Virus record (IMG/VR): IMGVR_UViG_3300046779_001269
Coordinates: 64,001-128,000 of that record
Reading direction: 5' to 3' (one strand)
DNA from: a virus
Length of the DNA stretch: 64,000 nt
Shown here piece after piece: positions 30,701 to 38,358 of this stretch (positions within the stretch are counted from its first letter, which is position 1; each line of letters begins with the position of its first letter). Under the pieces are notes generated by a model. That model made no database searches and had not been told where the DNA came from. It worked only from the letters and a program-made list of their open reading frames with translations. Position numbers and translations under genes: made by a program.

Positions 30701-33512
30701 TGAAAGTTGTTGCGCCATCAAATCTGAATAATTCTTGCTGTGTTGATGTTGTGTCGTTGAAATTTACCCAAAACTCAAGTGTGAAGTCACTGGAACCAAC
30801 ATTATACACTGAACTTGTTGGTGTATAAATTTGTGATATATCACGTGTTGAGTTTAAATGATATGAACTACCATATGTTGTGATTGTATTACTTGTGTAA
30901 GATAACGCTGTGAATGGAGATACTGCCAATGGCTTTATCGCAGTAACTGAAGATGGTGTGATTGTATAATTATTTGTTGAATTGTCAACAAGTTTATCAG
31001 ATTGTAAACCTAAGAATACTGTGTTTGCAATTGCAGTTAATGGTCCTGTTGGTGGTGTGAAGTTTGGTGTTGTTGTGCTTGAACCACTATACAACGCCGT
31101 GCCTCTAACAATACGGAAGTTAGAAATGTGCCCACCTGGGAATGGATAACCCGAACTGTAATATGCACCAATGGCCAGATATGTGGATGAAGTATAGTTA
31201 TAAGTATCAACATCGGTATAAATTTGTACACCATCAATATACACTCTGTAAGTACCACTGGATCTCACTTGAGCAAAATGGTACCATCTATTCAGACTGG
31301 GTGAACTACCTATTCCACTAGGGTCACCATAATTCTTGTGAAAATTGTGCCACAAATTGTTGTAGAATGATAGTGATAACCCATCACCAGAACTGGGCAA
31401 ATAGCCGGTTGGTGTCAAATGGTAAATACCACTATTACCAGGTGAAGAGGTTAAATAGACCCAACCTTCAACAGTAAAATCGCCTGTGCCTAAACCACCA
31501 GTAATTGGTGCCGTTACATATGCACTTGAACTAAAATTGGTTGAATAGTATTGTGTATTGGCTTGATATAATGTACTGAACGGATGTGTTGATTCTATTC
31601 TAGGTGTGCCATCTACTGTTAATGTAGTGTTGTAACTACTCCTATCTTCAAATTTAGTAGAACTGGCTGCCAAAAATGTTGTGTTTGCTATTGCTGTTAG
31701 TGGTGTTGATGGTGGAGTAAAATTGTTAGTGTAAGCAGCAGTGCCGTTCAAGATACGTAAATTTGAAACATAGTATGGAGAACTCGTTTCCGTACCATCA
31801 CTATTTTTACTCATGTAGATTGTGGAGTGTGACCAGTTTGTACTATCTGCGTATGAAGTACCAGATACACCATTCAAGTAAATGTTAATAGTACCAGAAT
31901 TTCTAACCATCGCAATGTGATTCCATGCAGCCACACGTACATTAGCCGTAAAACCTTTTTCAGTATTGTTGTTATATACTCTAACGCCTGTTGACGACCT
32001 TCCTATAATTATTCGGGTGGATCCTGACAATTCAAAAATGGTTTGATTTCCACTTGCGGCAGCTGGCCAGTAAACCCACATTTCAATAGTAAAATTATTA
32101 CTTGAACCAAAATTTGCGTTAGTGAAAGAAGAATTACGAAAAGTTTGACCTGTACCATCAAAGTAATTACTATAATAACCTAGTTGGTACGGATTAAAAT
32201 TACTTACACGACTATCACCAACAATTAGTTGTGCATTGTTGTTACTTGAATCTGTGATAAAAGGAGTAACTGTTGTTGTTCCATTTAATGCGAGTGTTGT
32301 GTACTTCCAGTAAACGTCACCTAAAGAAATTACCCAACTAATTGTTCTAGTTGCGGTTCTACTTGTGGTGTTCGCTGTAGCTGTCAAAAGTGTATTTACA
32401 GTTTCTGCTGTGGTTGGTGTTCCATAAATTGTCGAACCACTAATTGCCAAACCTGTTGGTAAAGCATTTGCTGTATATTGAACACCAAAACCTGCAGCAC
32501 TTGTTGCACTTAATGAAACATTAGATATTGCAGAACCACCAGATAATAAGTATTGTGTTGCATCCGCTGGCGAACTCCATGTCACCACATCTTGGTTAAC
32601 ATTAAAGATAACATCTCTTGTTGCACTTCGATTAGTTGTATTGGCTGTTGCAGTTAGTCTTGTGAAAGTATTTCCAACAGTATTGTTTGTGCCGGAAATT
32701 AATCCTGTATTCGCATTTAATGTGATGCCTGCTGGTAATGTGTTTGCTGAAATCAATACACCATAACCAGCATCTGAAGTTGCTGATGCGGTGACATTAC
32801 TGATAGGTGCATATTCGTAAGAAGAAATGACATAGTTAGATGATGGTGATAACCATGTTACCACATCTGTATTGATTGTCAAACTAAATTGTCTATCAAC
32901 AGTTTGTGATTGTGCATCAAAAGCTCTTGCAGTAAACGTATATGTTGTACTGCTTCCGTCCACAGGTGCTGTTCCAGTAATAACACCAGAACTTGATAGT
33001 GTAGAACCTGTTGGTAAAGAACCTGATAACAATGAATAAGTTAGGGGCGCATCACCTGTTGCCACAATAGGTTGATTGATTTGTTGCGTTTCATAATATG
33101 AACCTAAAGAACCAGCATTTGTTTGGAAAGTTGGCACACTAGAGTATGTTAAACCTGGTACCAGAATACCAGTACCACCATTTGAATTGGAAACATAAAT
33201 GGTATAACTGCCAGCACTTGCGGCCGGTGCAGTAAAGGCCAATCGTCCTTGGTCAATATATGTTACGACAGATATTGTATTGGAACCAACTTGGATCGTT
33301 GCTCCTGGTGCGAATCCTGACCCATTGATAAGAATGGTTTCGCCACCTGCGGTGTTGGCCGCCAAAGCTCCTGTTGGATTATACGATATGTCCGTAACGG
33401 AAAAAGAATTTATGATTGGTATTGGATATTCGTTTTGAATAAACTTCTCTGCTTGAGAAATAATACCGTATCCATCATTGGATCTTTTACCTCTGCGTCC
33501 TGAATTGAACAT
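27723..33512 (-). CDS. Giant multi-LamG adhesin with IPT/Ig-like N-terminal region (cassette 2 head)
   Basis: About 7 LamG-like units; collinear paralog of 20764-27201. Confidence 0.85.
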   Translation of the reverse strand: MFNSGRRGKRSNDGYGIISQAEKFIQNEYPIPIINSFSVTDISYNPTGALAANTAGGETILINGSGFAPGATIQVGSNTISVVTYIDQGRLAFTAPAASAGSYTIYVSNSNGGTGILVPGLTYSSVPTFQTNAGSLGSYYETQQINQPIVATGDAPLTYSLLSGSLPTGSTLSSSGVITGTAPVDGSSTTYTFTARAFDAQSQTVDRQFSLTINTDVVTWLSPSSNYVISSYEYAPISNVTASATSDAGYGVLISANTLPAGITLNANTGLISGTNNTVGNTFTRLTATANTTNRSATRDVIFNVNQDVVTWSSPADATQYLLSGGSAISNVSLSATSAAGFGVQYTANALPTGLAISGSTIYGTPTTAETVNTLLTATANTTSRTATRTISWVISLGDVYWKYTTLALNGTTTVTPFITDSSNNNAQLIVGDSRVSNFNPYQLGYYSNYFDGTGQTFRNSSFTNANFGSSNNFTIEMWVYWPAAASGNQTIFELSGSTRIIIGRSSTGVRVYNNNTEKGFTANVRVAAWNHIAMVRNSGTINIYLNGVSGTSYADSTNWSHSTIYMSKNSDGTETSSPYYVSNLRILNGTAAYTNNFTPPSTPLTAIANTTFLAASSTKFEDRSSYNTTLTVDGTPRIESTHPFSTLYQANTQYYSTNFSSSAYVTAPITGGLGTGDFTVEGWVYLTSSPGNSGIYHLTPTGYLPSSGDGLSLSFYNNLWHNFHKNYGDPSGIGSSPSLNRWYHFAQVRSSGTYRVYIDGVQIYTDVDTYNYTSSTYLAIGAYYSSGYPFPGGHISNFRIVRGTALYSGSSTTTPNFTPPTGPLTAIANTVFLGLQSDKLVDNSTNNYTITPSSVTAIKPLAVSPFTALSYTSNTITTYGSSYHLNSTRDISQIYTPTSSVYNVGSSDFTLEFWVNFNDTTSTQQELFRFDGATTFNPYLMLWNSNEFYFRTTETTGDIVTPFSSGITAGRWVHLCVTRSGNNYTIYRNGISVATGTSTGVVNENKKLILGSGNFKGYLSDVRFTKGSVLYTSNFVPEFTRPLTAGANTQLLTLQTNGSRNNNSFRDESSFNNIITRSGNVSQGTFSPYSQTGWSNYFVGTSSQYFTLPTAAATAFGGFNGNFTTIEFWAYQTTSSTGSTNEVIGTWAAVAANGRWYVEIGNGAASTGATSKVFFTWTTSTGSVDSVTTTAVVPVNQWAHIAIVVNATGSAGAHTVDIYVNGTGQSFTSRNFSSQTSTYDRLRIAGNGSSYFNGYLSNLRVVRGTTNTVGYTGSSISVPTLPFIPVTGTVLLTCQDNRFVDDSRNNIVLTPVSTPSVQAFSPFGGITSVPTSYSVYFDGSGDYLTVPGSSNFVLAADYTIEAWIYSSSTTWSIYSTGGSGATDQFSCDAGTLYWAYNIFGGGTANFFTSSDINQWTHIAASRSSGTTKLFKNGVVMATSTTNESIGSTNTVNIGRRLDGSYHLNGYMSNFRIVKGTALYTGAFTPPTSPLTAVTNTLLLTCQNSTLIDNSTNYFTLTAVGDTKPLPFNPFGQTTTTQVSYSPTTNGGSIYFDGTGDKLTVANYPTLGFKANDFTIQCWFYTNVASTEQVIMTNGWAAYAPWLIRIDSGNTLRLNMSLNGGSWVVNEGSLGTVTPGQWYHVAVTRTSGVLRAFTNGVQTYTTDLTTSTLYDGSQALTIGGRSDTTSMLNGYISDAQLINGFSLYRANFVPPVAPATPTYRIGANTGTSTLLLSGTSGGIIDMHGSNNLETVGDVIVTKSRYPYSTAGQSYYFDGTDWLYSASTDALSFGTGDFTVEYWMYSTTGGTQRFITGTNAAGTDTFMSYIFGGSELSVLIAGTVYNPATSIATNTWHHIAITRSSGTVRLFLNGTQVGTNQTITASITNTRLTIGNGVQYTGAHTGYLSDIRITKGVARYTANFTRPTATFEVK

Positions 33513-33874
33513 TAACTAATAGCCTCATATGAACAAACTGCTTCCAAGTATGAGTTGGCTGATGCAGTTAATCTGATTGAATCATTTTCCTGTAAATACA
33601 AAATCAAACCTTTATCAATAGGTGTAAATGAAGTATTCGCTGCCACAGATACTTGATATGCAATACGATATGCGGATGTTTGGTTTTTATAAACATCAAC
33701 AGTAATACTTGCAGATCCAGTACCGGAAATGTTGGAAACTATAAGACTATTTATCTTATAAACTGCACTGCTAGATGCTGCATTTGAAACAATTGATGTT
33801 GGTACTGTGGAGACCACCATACCTGTCGTATTGCCATAAATTGTTGATACATTGACCACGTTCATTTGAGACAT
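33512..33874 (-). CDS. Small adaptor-like protein (cassette 2, class A)
   Basis: TIYGNT...YKINSLIVSN...YLQENDSIRLTASANSYLEAVCSYEAIS. Confidence 0.75.
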   Translation of the reverse strand: MSQMNVVNVSTIYGNTTGMVVSTVPTSIVSNAASSSAVYKINSLIVSNISGTGSASITVDVYKNQTSAYRIAYQVSVAANTSFTPIDKGLILYLQENDSIRLTASANSYLEAVCSYEAIS

Positions 33875-33878
33875 TTAA

Positions 33879-36878
33879 TTATCCTCCGAATACTATTGTC
33901 ATAGCAATAGACTTTCCTAATGTTGTTCCTGTGTTTGCTTTTGTGTATGCAGATTGCGCTAAACTGTTGGCTGCATTGGCTTGTATGTGGGCTGCATTGG
34001 CCATCTCTCTTGAGGCCGTATCTGTTTGGATAGCAATCTCTCTAACTTGGATATTTACACCAGTTGCAGGAGCACTTGTGAATGTTAGTGTTGTTCCATT
34101 TACAGTATAGTCAGTTGCTGGTGTTTGTAACACACCGTTTTCTGTCACGAAAATAGAATTGGCTGTTAGTCCAGAAGATACTGTATAGTCAACAGTCGTA
34201 CTATCACCAACAAAATTTCTTGTGGTAAAACCAGAAACAGCTAATGTGTAAGATGTAACATCAATTGAAGCGCCATTGGATGGTGCCTCTGAGAATGTTA
34301 TTATATTTCCAGAAAGACTATATGATGACTTTAACTGTAAAATACCGTCGATGTTTACAAAGGTATAGTTTTCATTTGGTGGTGTTGCAGATAATGTGAA
34401 GTTTGTGTTTGTTCCATTACCAGTGAAGTTATCTACTGATAATATTGCACTTGAACCACCAGAACCACCGCCTGTGTTAGCCGCATTGAATGCTGCTTGT
34501 GCTAAATTGTTTGCTGCATTAGCCTGAGCATAGGCAAATGTTGCACCTGTACCAGAATTGGCAGCGGCATACGCAGCTGATGCTAATACATTTGCTGCAT
34601 TGGCTTGTTCAAATGCTGCTGATGAACCAGAACTAGAGTTGGCTGCATTATAGGCTGCTTGTGCTAAGTTATTGGCTGCGTTTGCCTGACCATAACCAGA
34701 CACAGCATAACTACTTACTGCTGTTATAAATGTGTTTTGATATTCATTTACACCTTGCAACAATGTTACGGATGTATTAGAACTATTATACGCATTATTG
34801 GCATGATTGTAAGCAGCCTGAGCAGAATAGGTTGCTTGTGTTATGTCAGTTCCGCCGCCAGATGACAACAATAGGTTAGTACCAACACCTGTATTTGCTG
34901 CTGTAATATCTATGTAAACACCACGAGCAGAACCACCTTGTTCAAAGAATCTTAATCTGTTTTGCCACACATCAATAGTGACACCTGTACCAGCAATAGT
35001 TGAGTTAGTTGCTGGTTTGGCAAGTAAAATCTCACCACCCTCATCACCTTGAGAGTTCATACTCTTTAAATAACCTGAAAATGTACCATCACCACTGATG
35101 GTGCCAGTTATTGCAGGAGATTCAAGTGTTTTATTAGCTAGAGTTTGTGTACTAGATAGTGTTACTAGTGTGTTTGCATAGTTGTATGCATTGTTGGCAT
35201 GATTATATGCAGACTGAGCAGATTGTGTGGCTGCGTTTGCTTGACCATATCCACTTGTTGCATATGCATCTACTGCTGTGATTCTGGTATTTTGTCCGTC
35301 ATTGACACCTTGAATGAGTGTAATTGCCGCTGCATTGGTGTTGGATGATACAAACGCAGCACCAGCTAATATGTTGGCAGAATTTGCCTGATTGTATGCC
35401 GCATTAGATTTGTTATTTACATTACCAATGTTTGTTGCGACTGTGGTAGCAAAGTTTGCATCGGCACCCAAGGCATCAGACAATTCTTTTAGTGTATCTA
35501 ATGTTGTTGGTGCTGAGTTTACTAAGTTGGCAACAGCATTGTTAACATATGTTTCAGTAGCATAACCAGTAAAAGATATACTATTTGCTTTGTTATAAGA
35601 TGCTTGTGCCAAGTTATTGGCAGCATTGGCCTGAATGTAACCACTTGTTGCCAAATTATTAGAAGCGTTGGCCTGTGCATATCCTGAGGTTGCCAAATCA
35701 TTGGCTGCATTTGCCTGTGTGAATGCTGCAGAAGCAGTTGTGCCAGTATTAGCTGCGTTGTATGCCGACTGTGCCAAATTGTTGGCTGCATTCGCTTTAT
35801 CAAAAGATGCTTGTACTATAACACTAGAGACTGCTGTATTTTGTGATGTTCCGTCCGCAAATGTTATTGGTCCAGGTATAGTCAAACGGCCTGTTGTATC
35901 AAATGTGGTTACATATCCATTTGCAGTAATTGTTGTATTGGCAACAGATGGTCCAATAATATTTTTCGTAACAACATCATCTGTAATAATTTTATTAAGA
36001 ACAATTAGAGAATTGTTTGATGTTAAGAATTGTAGGTTGTTTGTATTACTTAAAAAACCACCAGCGTTTGCAACAATAACATTATTTGGACCATAATTTA
36101 TCGTTGCTGCATTTGCTTTTGCGAATGCTGCACCAGCCAATCCATTCGCCGCATTGGCCTGTGCATAACCAGAAGTTGCCAATGTGTCAGCTGCATTGGC
36201 CTCACCATATGCAGCAGTTGCTAATACATCGGCCGAGTTGGCCTTACCGTAACCTGCAACAGCATAGTTACTTACTGCTGTTATAGTTGTATTCTGACTT
36301 ACATTTACACCTTGTATCAAAGTGATTGCTGATGTATTTGTGTTTGCTGAGTTATATGCAGAGGTTGCCAAATTATTGGCTGCATTTGCCTGAGTAAATG
36401 CTGCTGATGCGGTTGTGCCAGTATTGGCTGCATTGAATGCTGCTTGTGCTAAATTGTTTGCACTATTGGCCTGTATAAATGCTGCTGCGGCAGTAGTACC
36501 AGTGTTGGCTGCATTGAATGCTGACTGTGCCAGGTTATTGGCTGCGTTAGCCTGTGCATAAGCACCTGTTCCAATATTACCTGCATCTGTGATGGCGGTG
36601 TTTTGATATACATTAACACCCTGAATTAATGTGATTGCAGTCGCATTGGTGTTTGCTTGTGTATATGCGGCTGAAACCGAAGCATTAATTGTATTTGATT
36701 GTATGAAAGACGCATTGGCGTAGTCAAATGCACTGTTTGCTGCATCATAAGCACTTTGAAAATTAGTTATGTATTGTGACTGTACACGGCGCCATGCACC
36801 TTTTGATGCATCCCAAATATAATTAATGCCATTAACTATAATTAACTGGCCGTTAGTGGGTGATAATGGAAAAGACAT
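33879..36878 (-). CDS. Long Ala/Asn coiled-coil fibre/stalk protein (cassette 2)
   Basis: N-term SFPLSPTNGQ...Y.WD....W; QANAANNLA repeats; APTTLDTLKEL motif; two F.G(N/D)..T..(F/Y)T...G.LQ...Y...G...TF..AP..G..I domains; C-term AMTIVFGG. Confidence 0.8.
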   Translation of the reverse strand: MSFPLSPTNGQLIIVNGINYIWDASKGAWRRVQSQYITNFQSAYDAANSAFDYANASFIQSNTINASVSAAYTQANTNATAITLIQGVNVYQNTAITDAGNIGTGAYAQANAANNLAQSAFNAANTGTTAAAAFIQANSANNLAQAAFNAANTGTTASAAFTQANAANNLATSAYNSANTNTSAITLIQGVNVSQNTTITAVSNYAVAGYGKANSADVLATAAYGEANAADTLATSGYAQANAANGLAGAAFAKANAATINYGPNNVIVANAGGFLSNTNNLQFLTSNNSLIVLNKIITDDVVTKNIIGPSVANTTITANGYVTTFDTTGRLTIPGPITFADGTSQNTAVSSVIVQASFDKANAANNLAQSAYNAANTGTTASAAFTQANAANDLATSGYAQANASNNLATSGYIQANAANNLAQASYNKANSISFTGYATETYVNNAVANLVNSAPTTLDTLKELSDALGADANFATTVATNIGNVNNKSNAAYNQANSANILAGAAFVSSNTNAAAITLIQGVNDGQNTRITAVDAYATSGYGQANAATQSAQSAYNHANNAYNYANTLVTLSSTQTLANKTLESPAITGTISGDGTFSGYLKSMNSQGDEGGEILLAKPATNSTIAGTGVTIDVWQNRLRFFEQGGSARGVYIDITAANTGVGTNLLLSSGGGTDITQATYSAQAAYNHANNAYNSSNTSVTLLQGVNEYQNTFITAVSSYAVSGYGQANAANNLAQAAYNAANSSSGSSAAFEQANAANVLASAAYAAANSGTGATFAYAQANAANNLAQAAFNAANTGGGSGGSSAILSVDNFTGNGTNTNFTLSATPPNENYTFVNIDGILQLKSSYSLSGNIITFSEAPSNGASIDVTSYTLAVSGFTTRNFVGDSTTVDYTVSSGLTANSIFVTENGVLQTPATDYTVNGTTLTFTSAPATGVNIQVREIAIQTDTASREMANAAHIQANAANSLAQSAYTKANTGTTLGKSIAMTIVFGG

Positions 36879-36905
36879 TTACTGGAGTACCTTATTCGTA
36901 TTATC

Positions 36906-36913
36906 TATTTATT
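36906..36913 (-). promoter_or_regulatory. Late promoter variant (AATAAATA) heading cassette 2
   Basis: Overlaps the stop codon of the 359-aa gene. Confidence 0.55.
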
Positions 36914-37988
36914 TGTATCGGTAACAGAATATTACTGTACCTGGACCACCGTTGCCGCCATAGTAAGTACCGTTGATAGCATTTGCAACAGAACCTCCAC
37001 CACCAACCCCGTAATACCAACCTGCGGAAACATCACCGCCGCTACTGCCTGATGATTGTGAAGTAACATATGCTCCATTACCATAGTTCTGACTGGCGGA
37101 AGCTGGTCCACTAATGCCTCCCTGACCTGCGTCACCTCCAAGCCATGTTCTTCCACCACCTCCACCAGAACCATAATATGCATTTGTTCTGGACCAATTC
37201 CATCCAGCACCACCATTTGATGATAGTGTATTATTTGATGAATAATAACCATCATAACCGGCGCCGCCTGCACCGCCTCCACCGCCACCGTATGCGGCAC
37301 TGCCGCTCATACTGTTTCCACTACCGCCAGCATTTGCATACACCGTACCATATTCTTGGCCAAGTTGAGCAGATGCTCCACTGCCGCCACCAGCAGCAAG
37401 TCCTGCCCAACCTCCACCTCCTGACCCACCAGTAGAAGGAACAACCTCTGTTGATTGGTTAACTAATCCACCAGGACCTCCGCCACTTGCTTGATAACTA
37501 TGTCCTGCCGTTGATGTTACATATGAACTTCCACCAAAATATCTACCCGATGGACTGGAGTTTGGATTAGTTCCTCCTGGTCCGACAGTAACAGTGAAAA
37601 CTGTACCTGGATTAACCCAAGTTTTAATTAAAATTACTGCGCCGCCGCCACCTCCACCACCAGCGAGGTATTGATATGATGCTGACGAAGTGACTGACCC
37701 TCCACTTCCACCTCCACCAACCATTAGTATTTCCAATTCACCTGCACCATCACTTACAGTAAATGTTGAGTTTGATGTGAATGTGTGTACTTTGTAATTG
37801 ATGTTATCTGCCGCAGTGGTGATTGTTCCGCCTGTGGCAGAATATATGAAACCTGATGCTAGAGGCCATATTGGATTTGCACCTGTGTTGAAGATGGCTG
37901 CATCGTGTATGAAGAATACACCATTTGCCCTATTTTGATTTGGTAGTGCATATGCACCTATAACACCGCCGTTACTTCTGCTTCTCAT
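36909..37988 (-). CDS. Glycine-rich putative adhesin (cassette 1 head)
   Basis: ATGGTIT...YKVHTFTS..TF.V, MVGGGGSGG, poly-Gly runs, ends GGPGTVIFCYRY; N-term RSNGGVIG. Confidence 0.75.
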   Translation of the reverse strand: MRSRSNGGVIGAYALPNQNRANGVFFIHDAAIFNTGANPIWPLASGFIYSATGGTITTAADNINYKVHTFTSNSTFTVSDGAGELEILMVGGGGSGGSVTSSASYQYLAGGGGGGGAVILIKTWVNPGTVFTVTVGPGGTNPNSSPSGRYFGGSSYVTSTAGHSYQASGGGPGGLVNQSTEVVPSTGGSGGGGWAGLAAGGGSGASAQLGQEYGTVYANAGGSGNSMSGSAAYGGGGGGAGGAGYDGYYSSNNTLSSNGGAGWNWSRTNAYYGSGGGGGRTWLGGDAGQGGISGPASASQNYGNGAYVTSQSSGSSGGDVSAGWYYGVGGGGSVANAINGTYYGGNGGPGTVIFCYRYK

Positions 37989-37989
37989 A

Positions 37990-38358
37990 TTAAGAAATCA
38001 TTTCATAAGAAACAACAACAGATGTAGTGCCAACACCAAGTGAACCTACATTACACTTGAGTGTATCACCTTCTTCCAAATAGATACTTGTGTCTTTTGC
38101 AACCACAACCAAAGAAGAATACCCTGGTACAGTCACAGAACTGGCCAAATCATAACCAACCATTGGATTACCACGGTGTATTTGTACCCATACTGGCACA
38201 TTGTTTGCGTTTCCGTTTGCATAGGTCACAGAGTTTAGTTTGTATACTTGGCCACTGCCTGATGCATTTACAATAACATTCGATAATGTTCCTGTTGCAG
38301 CATACAATTCTGTTTTTCCATAAATTGTGTTCGCTAAAATAATATTCGGTGCTGACAT
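37990..38358 (-). CDS. Small adaptor-like protein (cassette 1, class A)
   Basis: APNII.ANTIYGKT...YKLNS...AN...IYLEEGDTL...SYEMIS. Confidence 0.75.
   Translation of the reverse strand: MSAPNIILANTIYGKTELYAATGTLSNVIVNASGSGQVYKLNSVTYANGNANNVPVWVQIHRGNPMVGYDLASSVTVPGYSSLVVVAKDTSIYLEEGDTLKCNVGSLGVGTTSVVVSYEMIS

Noticed and set aside
13178-37988. Collagen-like fibres
   Set aside because: Gly occurs in runs (GGGG, GGxGG), not as sustained Gly-X-Y triplets
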